Counted from the stretch's first letter, positions 7,341-18,372 are shown. The stretch is 64,000 nt of DNA from Opitutaceae bacterium (GCA_050289505.1 JBNKFW010000017.1:13783-77782), one strand, 5' to 3'. A program made the numbers and translations. Notes: a model not told the origin generated them from the letters alone.

Positions 7341-10202
7341 CTACTCGACGTAGGGGCTTTGTTCTGGGCCGAGGTAGCTGGGGCGGAGATCTCCGGTGTC
7401 GATGATGATCTTTTGTAGGGTGGTGGCAGGGTCGACCATGTAGATGCGGAGCTTATGGTGTCCAGCTGTGGCGACTTTATGCTTCGTGGTGGCGGGGCGT
7501 ACCGAGTCTTTGACGGACTCTTGCCAGAGTCTGTGGGCTCGGTCGGCGTGGAGGTCTACGATCTGTGGGGCTTCGTCGTCGAGGGCGATGGCGAAGCGAA
7601 GGCCGCGATCGGGTGCGATGGGCCAGGTGGGATTCCAGAGCGTCTGGATAGAGAACTCGCCGGTCGTGAATAGGGTGAGATCGTATTCGACGTAAGGGGC
7701 ATTGGATGGATCTTCAAAGGAACGGTCTGTGATCGGGTAGACGGAGATAGCGCTATGGGTGCGACCGAGCTGAGGGATTTCCTGCCAAGATAGGCCGTCT
7801 GATTCGCGCTGGGAGCTGAAGTTGGCGGCGTCGATGGATACGTAGCCGTCCGCTTCGATGAAGCCTTTGAGCTGATCGCTTGTCTGGTTGTCGGCCACGA
7901 GGGAGATGCGTGCTCCGCCCCAGCCAGTGCCTCTGACGCTGATGTTGGCCCTCTGTTTGCCGGCGGGGACTTGACTCCAATCTACGGATACATGGATGCG
8001 TTGCTTGTCTTGTACTGTGCCGGAGCTGGCGGTGAGCTTGACCCAAGGAGCCGAGGGGGTGGCGGTGAAGTCGAAGGGGACGGTGCCTTTATTGAATATT
8101 TCGATATAGTGTTCGCTTTGGCCGTAGCGGGTGAATGCGGGGAGGGCGTAGAATTGGCCTTCGGCGGGCCAAGCGGCGGTCATGCCTTCCACGGCGACTC
8201 CCATGTCGGCGACGGCGTTTGGCCGGTTGGTAATGACAGGTGGAAGGGTGTCGGCGGGGGGATTGTTCCAATGGGTGTAGCCGATGCGGGGCTGGTCCAT
8301 CATGTGGTCCCATTTTCCTCCGGTGGCGTCGCCATGGTAGAGGTCTTGCAGGCTCTTGTTGAGATCGAAGCGGGCCTCGGTTTCCCGGGCGAATTCGTTG
8401 GTGCTGGCTCGGCCTTGCTGGGCGTAGAGCTGGTTCTTGGCCTGGGCGATGTACATTTGGGTAATGTTGGCGGAGGCTTTGACGGGATAGTAGACGAGCT
8501 GGAAGAAGGCGGACTTAGCGGCTTCGGGCATGGAGGCGTAGAGAGTCTCGGCGCGCGCGACCATGTCGGCTAGTTCGGCTTCGATGCGTTCGGCTTCGCG
8601 GTAGTTGAGGAGGCTGTAGGTGGAGGCCTCTTGTAGCTCGGGTTTGCGGCGAGCGTTGTGGCGCGTGTAGTCGGTGAGGAGCTTGGCAATTTCTTTGGCG
8701 TGCTCGGGACCGAAGGCGCTGGCGGCGAAGAGATCGGCGTATTCGGGGATGCGTTCCTTAGGCCAGTCGTCGATGTCCCAAGCAAGGTCTAGGAAGTAGC
8801 TGATTGGGTACTCCATGGGCTTGAGGTCGCCGACGTTGGTGAGCCAGATCTTGTTGGCGTCGTACTTGGCGGCGAGGTTCATTTGCTCCCAGACTTTTGC
8901 CAGCTGGGTAACGTTGATCCAGCGGTAGGAGCGAGGCCCGCCGACGTAGTCGAAATGGTAATACACGCCAGCTCCGCCGGGGCGTTTGCGTTCTTCTGGG
9001 GTGGGCAGGCGGCGGATGTTGCCCCAATTGTCGTCGCACCAGAGGAGGATCACGTCGTCGGGGACGCGCATGCCGCTTTCGTAGTAACCTTGGACTTCCT
9101 TATAAAGCGCCCAGACTTGGGGGACTTCGGTGATGTCGCGGTCGTCGAAGACTTCGGCGAGTATTTTTCTTTGGGAATCTACGATTTTTTCGAGGAGTCC
9201 GATGTCTTCGGTTTCGGACATGGGGGTGTCGGCTTGGCCGCGCATGCCCATGGTGTAGATGGAGTCGTAGGGCTTGTTTCGCTCGGCTCCTTCTCGCCAG
9301 AAGGCGTCGAGGCGATCAGGGTTGCGGGCGTAGTCCCAAGGGCCTTCGCCGTAGCGGTTCCACTCGTGGTCGGCGCGCATCATGGGCTCGTGGTGGGAAG
9401 TGGACATGACGATGCCGTACTTGTGGGCGAGGATCATGTTTTGCTCATCGTCGTCGGCGAAGGCGTTGTTCCACATGGCGGGCCAGAGGAAATTCGATTT
9501 CAGGCGTAGTAGGAGCTCGAATACGTGGACGTAGAACTCGTGGGTGAAGTTGCCGTAGTTTTTGTGAACCCAGTTGGTGAGGGCGGGTGCTTCGTCGTTG
9601 AGGAAGATGCCGCGGTACTGGACCTTGGGGGCGTCTTGGATGAGCGTACCGGAGGCGGCGTAGAGGGAGTCTGACGTTTTTGTTGGTACGTCTGCCCACC
9701 AATACCAAGGGGAGACGCCAATTTGTTCGGAGAGGTCGTAGACGCCGAAGATGGCGCCGCGGCGGTCGCTACCGGCGATGACGAGGGCTTGCTTGATGCC
9801 TTTGGCGGGCTTGTCGACGACTTGGATGTGGTAGGCCTCCCATTTGTCTTGGATAGCGGATACGTCGATCTTGCCGTCTGCTATGAGCTGGTCGATGAGG
9901 GCAGACTGGCCAATGGTGCCAGCGATGACGGCGGTCTTGCCCAGTTTTTTCTGGGTGCGGGCGATGGCTGGCTTTTTGCCGGTGACGCGCTCGAAGTCGG
10001 CTTGGAGGTCGCCGACGGCGCGGACGAGACCCCAATCGTCGTTTTCGTCGACGTAGAGGTCGATAAGCTTGCCGTCCTGGGCGAGGGTGAGGTCGCCCGC
10101 TTTAGCGGAGTGGGATATGTAGGCGGCGTCGCCGATAGCGAAAAGCTGGATCGCTGAGAAGAGGGCGAAGGTGGTGACGAGTAAACGACGGAATGCGTGC
10201 AT
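7341..10202 (-). CDS. Glycoside hydrolase family 115 (xylan alpha-1,2-glucuronidase-like), secreted
   Basis: YRGIFLNDEAP, NFLWPAMW, STSHHEPMMR, TMGMRGQAD, WCDDNWG and YYHFDYVGGPRSY motifs. Signal peptide present. Confidence 0.95.
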   Translation of the reverse strand: MHAFRRLLVTTFALFSAIQLFAIGDAAYISHSAKAGDLTLAQDGKLIDLYVDENDDWGLVRAVGDLQADFERVTGKKPAIARTQKKLGKTAVIAGTIGQSALIDQLIADGKIDVSAIQDKWEAYHIQVVDKPAKGIKQALVIAGSDRRGAIFGVYDLSEQIGVSPWYWWADVPTKTSDSLYAASGTLIQDAPKVQYRGIFLNDEAPALTNWVHKNYGNFTHEFYVHVFELLLRLKSNFLWPAMWNNAFADDDEQNMILAHKYGIVMSTSHHEPMMRADHEWNRYGEGPWDYARNPDRLDAFWREGAERNKPYDSIYTMGMRGQADTPMSETEDIGLLEKIVDSQRKILAEVFDDRDITEVPQVWALYKEVQGYYESGMRVPDDVILLWCDDNWGNIRRLPTPEERKRPGGAGVYYHFDYVGGPRSYRWINVTQLAKVWEQMNLAAKYDANKIWLTNVGDLKPMEYPISYFLDLAWDIDDWPKERIPEYADLFAASAFGPEHAKEIAKLLTDYTRHNARRKPELQEASTYSLLNYREAERIEAELADMVARAETLYASMPEAAKSAFFQLVYYPVKASANITQMYIAQAKNQLYAQQGRASTNEFARETEARFDLNKSLQDLYHGDATGGKWDHMMDQPRIGYTHWNNPPADTLPPVITNRPNAVADMGVAVEGMTAAWPAEGQFYALPAFTRYGQSEHYIEIFNKGTVPFDFTATPSAPWVKLTASSGTVQDKQRIHVSVDWSQVPAGKQRANISVRGTGWGGARISLVADNQTSDQLKGFIEADGYVSIDAANFSSQRESDGLSWQEIPQLGRTHSAISVYPITDRSFEDPSNAPYVEYDLTLFTTGEFSIQTLWNPTWPIAPDRGLRFAIALDDEAPQIVDLHADRAHRLWQESVKDSVRPATTKHKVATAGHHKLRIYMVDPATTLQKIIIDTGDLRPSYLGPEQSPYVE

Positions 10203-10504
10203 AGGGCTGATGTTGATGGGTGACATGTATGAAATTCGGGGCTGTTGGCGGGGTGTTCCCTTTTGGAACGAGAGGGGTCGCGAGTCGATTTCGTGATACT
10301 AGGTTGACGGGTGAATCCAAGGATAGTCGGACTTGGCTGTTTGTCACTTAGTTCTATCTATATGGCAGGGGGCGATGACCGCTGGCTTCGGCCGTGAGCT
10401 CAGCCGAACGGGACAGCGGTCGCTACCTTTTGGGGTTTCTTGTTTTTTTGCTGATCGGGTGCTCGACTTGGGCTGGGCGACTTGGCAAGTGTGGCCGCGT
10501 GTAC

Positions 10505-11434
10505 ATGGACTTTGCAATAGCTTTGGGAATCGGAGTGGCGCTAGATTTCGTTTTTGGCGATCCGAGGCGGATGCCGCATTTGGTGCGGCTTGTGGGCAAG
10601 TTGGCGGTCGTGGGTGAGACCTTTCTGGTGCGACTGCTTGGGCGGAGCGTTTTTGCGGGCTTGGCGCTTTGGTTGGGGATCGTGGCTATTTGTCTTGGCG
10701 GCTACGGGGTGGTCGCATGGGGGCTGGAGTCGCTTGGGCACTGGTTTCGGATCGTTTTTGACGGGGTGCTGCTTTTTCAATGTATCGCGTATCGGGATCT
10801 GGTGAGGCACGTCTTGGCGGTTAAGTCGGGACTTGAGCGAAGTCTCGCAGAGGGTAGGCAACGGGTTTCCTGGATCGTGGGGCGGGATACGGACCGGATG
10901 GAAGAGGACGACGTATGCCGGGCGGCGATCGAGAGCGGGGCGGAGAACTTGAACGATGCGGTGATCGCTCCACTGTTTTGGTTCGCCTTGTTTGGTCCGG
11001 TTGGAGCGCTGGTTTTTCGGGTGTCGAATACGATGGACGCGATGGTGGGGCATCGAACGCCGCGTTTCGAGAAGCTCGGCAAGGTATCGGCCCGGATCGA
11101 TGACGCGTTGAATTTCGTTCCCGCGCGTCTGTGTTGCGTGCTTTTGCTCAAGTTGAGCGACGCGGTGAAGTGGCGGGGACTGAAGGCTGACGCGACGTTG
11201 CACCCCAGCTTCAATGCTGGCTGGCCGGAAGCGGCGATGGCGAAGCGGCTCGGTGTGGTCATCGGGGGGCGGATGTACGAAGGCGGAGAGCTGGTGCAGA
11301 CGGCGGAGATGAACAAGGGGGCGCGTCAGCCGAACCGCAAGGACGTGGCCCGGACGACGTATTTCATGGGTTGGGCCTATTTGAAATGCTTGGGATTGAT
11401 CGTTGCTACTTGGTGGGTGGTCTCGCTTTTTTGA
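10505..11434 (+). CDS. cbiB: Adenosylcobinamide-phosphate synthase CbiB/CobD
   Basis: FGDPRRMPHLV, SWIVGRDT, AIESGAENLNDAVIAP, NTMDAMVG, DDALNFVPARL and NAGWPEAAMA. Confidence 0.93.
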   Translation: MDFAIALGIGVALDFVFGDPRRMPHLVRLVGKLAVVGETFLVRLLGRSVFAGLALWLGIVAICLGGYGVVAWGLESLGHWFRIVFDGVLLFQCIAYRDLVRHVLAVKSGLERSLAEGRQRVSWIVGRDTDRMEEDDVCRAAIESGAENLNDAVIAPLFWFALFGPVGALVFRVSNTMDAMVGHRTPRFEKLGKVSARIDDALNFVPARLCCVLLLKLSDAVKWRGLKADATLHPSFNAGWPEAAMAKRLGVVIGGRMYEGGELVQTAEMNKGARQPNRKDVARTTYFMGWAYLKCLGLIVATWWVVSLF

Positions 11435-11469
11435 ACTAATTACTATTTTGTGTTTAATGAGACTTGCTT

Positions 11470-11700
11470 ATGGCCTCCAGATGGGGCTTAAGAAGCGCGT
11501 TCTTTTTAACATTTGAATCGATTCGTCGACAGGAAACGCCGTGAGAACCGGTGACAGTCGCGCTACGGTAACAAGTCACAAGTCCGCTCGAGATTTTGGT
11601 AATTTTTCGAGCTCTGCAATTGCAGGGTAGGATGAGGTTTTCCTTGGGAATCAGGGAATGCAAACTTGGAGTCCGACCACTGCCTACGAGTCCTACCCGT
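11470..11700 (+). ncRNA. Cobalamin riboswitch (boundaries approximate)
   Basis: Core AGGAAA-CGCCGTGAGAACCGGTG-ACAGTCGCGCTACGGTAA (11531-11571). AGTCCG motifs at 11581 and 11670, the second followed by ACCACTGCC. Sits in a ~440 nt leader of a BtuB-like gene. Confidence 0.75.
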
Positions 11701-11875
11701 CCCCGCGCGCTGAGTGGGGGCAATCTACTTGTCGCTTGAACAAGAGGGTAACGCATACGCTACGCGTGGCAGATGGTCGGAGACGTTTCTTTCGCTGGAG
11801 AATGGAAAGCTCGCTGGCCCTAGCCTTGTTCGTTGTGTGGCGCCTCTTCGATAGCGGCGTTTCTCACATCGAATA

Positions 11876-13756
11876 ATGAATCATAATACTGAATACAAAT
11901 TCAACACATCCAGTCGCCTCGTGGTCGCTGGAATGAGCCTCGCTTTTTTGGCTGCTCCTGCGCGATCTCAGGAAGTCTCCAGCGAAGCTGTCTTCGAGCT
12001 CGACTCGGTTTCCATCACGGCAAGCCGCCTCGAAATTCCAGTCCAGCAAGTGGGGAGCACGGTCGATGTGCTCGACGCTTACGAACTGCGGAACGGGCAG
12101 GATATATTCCTCGTCGACGCGCTCCGGGAAATCCCAGGCCTCGTCCTGCGCAATAACGGTGGCCCAGGCGGCAGCTTTGGCATTACGACCCGTGGTCTTA
12201 GCTCGAATCGTCCAACGGTTTTGCTCAATGGGATAGAAGTGAGCAACCCGTCGAACGGGCAGATCATGAATTTGGGTAATTTGTTTACCGGCTCCGCGTC
12301 TCGAGTGGAAGTGCTGCGAGGCCCTCAAAGTTCGCTCTATGGGGCGGATGCGTTGGCGGGTGTGATTTCCGTGGATACGCTTGGAGTCGATGCGGCTCCG
12401 GGCGGGCGAGCATTGGTTGGTTATGGTTCGTATGATACTTTTGACTACGGACTCGGGCATAGCGGCTCCCAAGGAGCTCTCAGCTGGTCGGTCGACGGGT
12501 TCCGTCACGAGTCCGCAGGTTTTTCGGCCCAGAGTCCCGAGTATGGGGCAGCGTGGGCGGATGACGACCGCTATAACAATACGACCTTAAGCGGAGCGGT
12601 GCAGTATCTATTAAATGAGGACGCGAACGTTCACGCTTCGGCGGTGTATCTCGACACCTATTCTGAATTCGATCCGGGCGATCCAGCGTGGGTATGGGGG
12701 ACTCCTTCGGGCGATGACTACGCTACGACCGAGCAGCTCTTCTTGCGGGTAGGCAGCGATTTTAGGATTCGTGACAATTGGACGAGCACGGCGAACGTAG
12801 CGTATTCAGATGTCGATACGCTGTCTTCGAGCGACGGCAGCCCTTATTACGCGAGTGGCAAGCGCTACAAGTACGATTGGGTAAACACGGTGGAAGCGAG
12901 CGAGAACTGGAAGATGGTAGCTGGTCTCGAATACGAAAAGGAGGAGAACCTCTCCGATGTGGGCAACCGCAACGACACCTCCCTGTTTATGGAGAACGTG
13001 ATCGAACTGAACGATGCTCTTGATCTGACCCTTGGGGCTCGCTACGACGATAATAGTGCCTATGGAAGCGAGACGACTTATCGCGCGACCTTTAGCTATC
13101 GTATCGACGAAATGGATGCGCGAATTCGCGGTTCCTTCGGTTCTTCGTTCCAAGCCCCGACTTTCTACCAGCTGTTCAATGAATGGTATGGCAATAAATT
13201 GCTTAAGCCCGAATCTGGAAAAGGCTGGGATCTCGGTATCGAAAAGTCCTTGTTCGACGGTAAGTTGCAGCTGAGCTCGACTGCGTTTGGCAATAAGGTA
13301 ACCGACAAGATCGATTGGGATGGAGTCTACAAGAACGTGAGCGAATACGAGAGTGTTGGGCTTGAGAGCGCGGCTCGCTACTACGTATCCGAATCACTGC
13401 GCTTCAAAGCCGCTTATACTTATAGCGATGCGGAAGAACTCGGTGGAGTCGAGGCGTTGCGCGTACCAAGAAATATCGGTTCGGTCGGTGTTAATTGGCA
13501 AGGCGTGGACGGAAAACTCGGTCTGAACGTGGATGCCCTTTTTGTTTCTAGCCAATACGGCGACAGCACCAGCCGCGCTGCGGGAACGAAGGCCGATGGC
13601 TACGAAGTGGTCAATTTCGCCGCGACCTACGAATTGAGCGATCTCCATACTCTCTGGCTCCGCGTCGGCAATGTATTGAATGCTGAATACGAAGAAATCA
13701 AGGGCTACCAAACGGCAGGCGCTAACTTCAACGCTGGCGTTCGCATCAACTTCTAG
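11876..13756 (+). CDS. btuB: TonB-dependent corrinoid (vitamin B12) receptor
   Basis: TonB box (LDSVSITASR), plug motif RVEVLRGPQSSLYGADALAGVI, C-terminal Phe. Riboswitch upstream and cob genes downstream. Confidence 0.9.
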   Translation: MNHNTEYKFNTSSRLVVAGMSLAFLAAPARSQEVSSEAVFELDSVSITASRLEIPVQQVGSTVDVLDAYELRNGQDIFLVDALREIPGLVLRNNGGPGGSFGITTRGLSSNRPTVLLNGIEVSNPSNGQIMNLGNLFTGSASRVEVLRGPQSSLYGADALAGVISVDTLGVDAAPGGRALVGYGSYDTFDYGLGHSGSQGALSWSVDGFRHESAGFSAQSPEYGAAWADDDRYNNTTLSGAVQYLLNEDANVHASAVYLDTYSEFDPGDPAWVWGTPSGDDYATTEQLFLRVGSDFRIRDNWTSTANVAYSDVDTLSSSDGSPYYASGKRYKYDWVNTVEASENWKMVAGLEYEKEENLSDVGNRNDTSLFMENVIELNDALDLTLGARYDDNSAYGSETTYRATFSYRIDEMDARIRGSFGSSFQAPTFYQLFNEWYGNKLLKPESGKGWDLGIEKSLFDGKLQLSSTAFGNKVTDKIDWDGVYKNVSEYESVGLESAARYYVSESLRFKAAYTYSDAEELGGVEALRVPRNIGSVGVNWQGVDGKLGLNVDALFVSSQYGDSTSRAAGTKADGYEVVNFAATYELSDLHTLWLRVGNVLNAEYEEIKGYQTAGANFNAGVRINF

Positions 13757-13837
13757 TCTTTCTGTGCGGGAGCGCGCTCGATTCGGAATCGACCACTGCT
13801 GGTTCCGTGAGCTCGCTCCCATTTTTGGCATTTTATA

Positions 13838-14935
13838 ATGAAATACTTTCCAATCATTCTCTTCGCTTTCGCCTGTGTCGGTATCGATGCGTCGGAGCTG
13901 CGCTATGCGAAGAATTTCTCGATCGAGACGTTTGAGACGCATAAGGAAATCACGGTGCGCAACACTTGGGTCGGAGCGGGTGATCGGGAGCAAGTTTACG
14001 CGCTGGTTCCGCGAGGTGCCGAGGTGCCAGAGCTCGAGAAGGGAACGGTAGTGATTCGAACCCCGGTTAAGCGATTGGCCATCATGGCGACGGTTTTTCT
14101 GGGACCGGTGCGGGATTTGGATCTGTATGATTCGCTGATCGGCATTTCCTATCTCGACTACGTAAACGACGAGAGGGCGCATGAGTTGGTGGAGTCGGGG
14201 GCGGCCCGTGAAATCCAGTCGGGCACCGGTATGGACGTGGAGTCGATGCTGATGCTGCAGCCCGATTTGATCCTGACGAGCACGACGGGAAATCCGACGT
14301 TCGACGTGCATCCGCAGATGGAGCGGGCGGGACTGCCGGTGGTGGTTACGGCGGGCTACATGGAACAGCATCCGTTAGCTCGAACGGAGTGGCTGAAATT
14401 CGTGGCAGCCTTCTACAATAAGGAGGCGGAGGCGGACGCCCTTTTCGACGAAATCGCAGACCGCTATGAATCATTGGTGGCCCTCGCTAAAGGTGCCGAG
14501 ACGCGTCCAAGCGTATTCACGAGCGCTCCGTTTTCGGGAGTTTGGCATGTGGCTGGGGGACGGAGTTATATGGCAACCGCTTTGCGACATGCGGGAGCGG
14601 ACTATCTCTGGTCTGAAAATGAATCGGAAGGCGGGATTTCGCTGGATGTGGAAGTGATCCTGCAACGAGCGGGAGATGCGGATTATTGGCTGAATCCGAG
14701 TCATTACGATTCGGTGCGAGCTTTGCTGGCGGCCGACGAGCGCTTTGTCGGGTTTCGAGCGCTGCGCGAGGGGCGCGTTTATAACAATACGCTGCGAGTT
14801 AATAAGAATGGTGGGAACGACATTTTCGAGCGGGGAGTATCTCATCCCGAGGAAGTGCTGGCGGACTTGATCAAGATCTTCCATCCGGAGCTGTTGCCGG
14901 AGCATGAGTTTGTATTCTACGAAAACCTGAAATGA
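13838..14935 (+). CDS. ABC transporter substrate-binding protein (BtuF/Fe-siderophore class)
   Basis: LMLQPDLIL, EQHPLARTEW and DIFERGVSHPEEVLADL. Operon context supports the call. Confidence 0.9.
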   Translation: MKYFPIILFAFACVGIDASELRYAKNFSIETFETHKEITVRNTWVGAGDREQVYALVPRGAEVPELEKGTVVIRTPVKRLAIMATVFLGPVRDLDLYDSLIGISYLDYVNDERAHELVESGAAREIQSGTGMDVESMLMLQPDLILTSTTGNPTFDVHPQMERAGLPVVVTAGYMEQHPLARTEWLKFVAAFYNKEAEADALFDEIADRYESLVALAKGAETRPSVFTSAPFSGVWHVAGGRSYMATALRHAGADYLWSENESEGGISLDVEVILQRAGDADYWLNPSHYDSVRALLAADERFVGFRALREGRVYNNTLRVNKNGGNDIFERGVSHPEEVLADLIKIFHPELLPEHEFVFYENLK

Positions 14936-14982
14936 TGAGGTATAACGTTTTTAACTACAGATTACTCGGATTTCTTGGATCT

Positions 14983-15063
14983 TCGTCTTCGGAGAACTCG
15001 AACCACTTTTCGTCTTCGGAGAAGCCGAACCACCTCTCGTCTTCGGAGAAGCCGAGCCACCTT
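14983..15063. repeat. 3 x 27 bp tandem repeat TCGTCTTCGGAGAAGCCGARCCACCTY
   Basis: Units start at 14983, 15010 and 15037. The same unit forms an inverted pair at 23972-24049. Confidence 0.9.
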
Positions 15064-15068
15064 TATAG

Positions 15069-16121
15069 ATGACTAAACCTCCTGCTAGTTCGCGTACCGG
15101 TTTGTACTTCGCGCTTTTGGGCGTGGGGGTGCTCGGCTTGCTGGTGGCCAATGTCTGCCTAGGTTCCGCCACGATTTCCCTTGGGGACGTTTGGTCGGCT
15201 TTAGTTGGCGGTAGCGATGGGTCGGCGGTTACCAGTCAGATTGTCATGGATTTTCGCTTACCGCGCGCCTTGACGGCCTTGTTGGCGGGAGCGGCTTTGG
15301 CTGTATCCGGTTTGCTGATGCAAACGATTTTTAGGAATCCGTTGGCGGATCCTTTTGTGTTAGGGGTTAATTCCGGAGCGAGTTTAGGCGTGGCCATCGT
15401 TTTGCTGGTTTTGGCCCCTGCTGGGGTGAGCCTGACGCAGGGTCTCGAGTTGAGCGGACATTTACTGATCGTGATCGCTGCAACGGGTGGCGCGGCGGTG
15501 GTGCTCGGCGTGGTGCTTTCTTTTGCTCAAAGGGTGGATGTGATGTCGCTGTTGATTCTGGGACTGATGCTGAGCTATGCGGTTGGAGCGGTGGTGAGCG
15601 TGCTGATGTTTTATAGCATGGCGGAGCGACTGCAGTCGTTTTTCGCGTGGTCTTACGGGACCTTTGGCAATGTGGCTTGGAGCCATATGCGGGTCTTTGG
15701 AACATGCATCGCGGGAGGTGCCGTCGCCTCGCTCTTTTTGTGCAAGCCGCTGGATGCGATGTTGATGGGCGAGCGCTTCGCGGAGTCGCTTGGAACGAAG
15801 GTGAAGATGATTCGCATTCTTTCGCTCGGCTTGGCCTCCTTGCTAGCGGGCACGGTGACGGGCTTTTGCGGTCCGATCGGATTTTTGGGAATCGCAGCGC
15901 CGCACCTTTGTAGGTATATTTTCAAGACAGCTCAACACCGGGTGTTGATTCCCGCGTCCTTGTTAGGTGGCGCTGGGATCGCATTAGCGGCGGATCTGGT
16001 GGCGAAGGCGCCCGGGTTTGATGGAGCTTTGCCTTTGAACGCGGTCACGGCATTGGTCGGGGCACCGGTGATTATCGTGGCTTTGATTCGTCAGCGGAAT
16101 CTTAGGAAGGCTTTTGGATGA
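15069..16121 (+). CDS. ABC transporter permease (FecCD/BtuC family)
   Basis: [33 protein letters not shown] and [12 protein letters not shown]. Confidence 0.95.
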   Translation: MTKPPASSRTGLYFALLGVGVLGLLVANVCLGSATISLGDVWSALVGGSDGSAVTSQIVMDFRLPRALTALLAGAALAVSGLLMQTIFRNPLADPFVLGVNSGASLGVAIVLLVLAPAGVSLTQGLELSGHLLIVIAATGGAAVVLGVVLSFAQRVDVMSLLILGLMLSYAVGAVVSVLMFYSMAERLQSFFAWSYGTFGNVAWSHMRVFGTCIAGGAVASLFLCKPLDAMLMGERFAESLGTKVKMIRILSLGLASLLAGTVTGFCGPIGFLGIAAPHLCRYIFKTAQHRVLIPASLLGGAGIALAADLVAKAPGFDGALPLNAVTALVGAPVIIVALIRQRNLRKAFG

Positions 16122-17155
16122 GCGTGCCACTTGAAACGCTCGGACTCACGGTGGGCTACGATGCGAAGGGACAGGTTTCCCGCAGCGTGGCGACAGGGCT
16201 GGACCTGCGTATCAATGCGGGAGAGTTTATCTGTTTGCTCGGTCCGAACGGGGTGGGCAAGTCGACCTTGATCCGAACCTTGGCCGGTATGCAAAAGCCT
16301 TTGGCTGGAAGTATACGGATCTCGGATACACCGGTTTCGGAAATGAGTCCAAAGGACAAGGCCCGCTCGGTGAGCGTGGTTTTGACCGATAGTCTGCCGC
16401 AAGGAATGTTTGACGCGTATTCGGTGGTGGCCTTGGGACGTCACCCGCATACGAGCTGGACGGGGAGTTTGGGCGCGAAGGATAAAGCCCGTATCTCTTG
16501 GGCGCTCGAGGCGGTGGGGGCTCAGGCCTTGGCGTCGCGTCAAGTTAGCGAGCTGAGCGATGGCGAGCGGCAGAAGGTGATGATCGCCCGAGCGCTCGCC
16601 CAGGAAACCAGCCTTATCTTGCTGGACGAGCCGACGGCCTTTTTGGATTTGCCACGGCGTGTAGAGCTGATGCGGACCTTGCGGGATTTGGCACGACGCG
16701 AGGGCTTGAGCATCTTGTTGTCGACGCATGACCTTGACTTGGCTTTGCGCAGCGCGGACAAGCTTTGGCTGCTCGGCGAAGGAGGCGTTTTGAAGACAGG
16801 CATGCCTGAGGAGTTGGCCTTGAACGGACATATCGCGAAGACCTTCACCTCGTCGGAGGTGGACTGGGATAGCGAGCAAGGAGCGTTTCGCATGCATCGG
16901 CATTCTTGCGCCACTGTGGTCTTGGAGGGAAGCGGTGCGACGGAGGTTTGGACGCGGCGAGCCTTGAATCGGATCGGCTACGAAGTCTTGGGATCCGATG
17001 GAGAATCCAAATTGCGAATACGAATTTTCGAAGACTCGAACGAGTGCGTTTGGGAGGCGGAATTGCCGGGTCGAGTTGTCCGGTTTAAAGCTTTAAAGGA
17101 ACTTGTGAACTGCCTGTTGGGCTTGAATCACGAAGGAGATAATTCCAGTAAATGA
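16118..17155 (+). CDS. ABC transporter ATP-binding protein (BtuD/FepC family) with C-terminal extension
   Basis: [22 protein letters not shown] and STHDL. Confidence 0.95.
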   Translation: MSVPLETLGLTVGYDAKGQVSRSVATGLDLRINAGEFICLLGPNGVGKSTLIRTLAGMQKPLAGSIRISDTPVSEMSPKDKARSVSVVLTDSLPQGMFDAYSVVALGRHPHTSWTGSLGAKDKARISWALEAVGAQALASRQVSELSDGERQKVMIARALAQETSLILLDEPTAFLDLPRRVELMRTLRDLARREGLSILLSTHDLDLALRSADKLWLLGEGGVLKTGMPEELALNGHIAKTFTSSEVDWDSEQGAFRMHRHSCATVVLEGSGATEVWTRRALNRIGYEVLGSDGESKLRIRIFEDSNECVWEAELPGRVVRFKALKELVNCLLGLNHEGDNSSK

Positions 17156-18312
17156 AGATTGGCGACTATTATGATGCGGTGGAACTCTACCGCGAAGAGA
17201 AGATCGTATACGCGAAGTTTTTGCGTCCGCACCGCGTACTTTCGACCTGCCGTTTAAATGGCGGACTGCGCGACGACCTCGAGTATCTTTATAATCACCA
17301 ATCGTGCGAGCCACGCGCTCATAGCGGAACGGATCTTTGTCATGTCGCGGTCAAGGAACCGGAGCGTTATCAGAAGCGAATAGCGGGCAAGGCGGGAATC
17401 GAATTTGAAAAAAGCGCCTCGATGGGAACGGCGGCGAACGTGAACAACGCCGCGGTCGCGGTGGAGCGGCATCTTGACCTCGAAGTGATCGCGATCACCA
17501 CCGCAGGCGTGGGTGGCAATGGTGGCCGAGCGGGCGATCCGGCGTCGTACTATGCGTCCGAGGAGGGAACGGTGATTATCGATAAGGCGCCGCCGCAGGC
17601 AGGCACGATCAACACGATGCTGCTGATCAACCAGGAGCTGAGCCAAGGGGCGATGGTGGTGGCCGGTACGGTGATGACCGAAGCGAAATCCAGCGTGCTG
17701 CAGGAACTGATGGCGCCTTCGCGTTACTCGGAAGGCGTGGCGACCGGCACGGGCACGGATCAGATCGGGATCGCATGTCTCCTGGGAACGCGTATCCAGC
17801 ATACGGATGCGAACAAGCATTCGAAGCTTGGGGAATTGATTGGGAAGGCGGTGCGAGCCGCATTGTTTGAAGCCTTGAACTTACAGTCCGGTCTTACGCC
17901 CGATTCGCGGCGCTCCAGCGTGGCGCAGCTCATGCGTTTTGGGGAGACCCAGGATTCGTTTATAGAAGGCGTTCGGGAACGTTTGCCCATCGATACGGGA
18001 GATTTATTCGAGGCGAACTTCTTGTCGGCAAACCACGACCCAGTCACGGTGGCGGCGGTGCAAGCATTGGTCCATGTGAGAGATCAGTTCGTGTGGGGCG
18101 TTTCTCCGCTCGGATGTATCCACGATATCATGATCGGGCAGGCGGCCCTGCTGGCGACTGCGGTGGGAGGACGGCCGATAGACCGGAATGAGATGCAGGT
18201 GAAGCTCGGAGCTTACGAAGCGAGTTTGCAGTCCTCGTCCTTGCTGGAGCTGGTGCATCGAAGTTTTGCGATCGGTTATGCCATGAAGTGGTCGGGTCGC
18301 TTTGAAGATTGA
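17152..18312 (+). CDS. cbiZ: Adenosylcobinamide amidohydrolase CbiZ
   Basis: [48 protein letters not shown] and HSKLGELIG. Confidence 0.9.
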   Translation: MKIGDYYDAVELYREEKIVYAKFLRPHRVLSTCRLNGGLRDDLEYLYNHQSCEPRAHSGTDLCHVAVKEPERYQKRIAGKAGIEFEKSASMGTAANVNNAAVAVERHLDLEVIAITTAGVGGNGGRAGDPASYYASEEGTVIIDKAPPQAGTINTMLLINQELSQGAMVVAGTVMTEAKSSVLQELMAPSRYSEGVATGTGTDQIGIACLLGTRIQHTDANKHSKLGELIGKAVRAALFEALNLQSGLTPDSRRSSVAQLMRFGETQDSFIEGVRERLPIDTGDLFEANFLSANHDPVTVAAVQALVHVRDQFVWGVSPLGCIHDIMIGQAALLATAVGGRPIDRNEMQVKLGAYEASLQSSSLLELVHRSFAIGYAMKWSGRFED

Positions 18313-18347
18313 TCGATGGTTTTGCCCTCCTGTTCCCTAAATCTTTA

Positions 18348-18372
18348 ATCGCGTGACAAGCACGCTCCCACA
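18348..18372 (-). repeat. GTGG-type REP-like sequence (copy 1)
   Basis: ATCGCGTGACAAGCACGCTCCCACA, an identical 25-mer to 26951-26975. Confidence 0.8.

Noticed and set aside
7118-7418. Small ORFs with SPR/RRT or GE/RRP repeats
   Set aside because: They are translations of the intergenic DNA repeat array and have no RBS or family support.
14983-15063. Possible CRISPR array
   Set aside because: The units are head-to-tail with no unique spacers, and no cas genes are present.
14951-15172. 73-aa minus-strand ORF with GGSASPKT repeats
   Set aside because: It is a by-product of the 27-bp repeat and overlaps btuC antisense.
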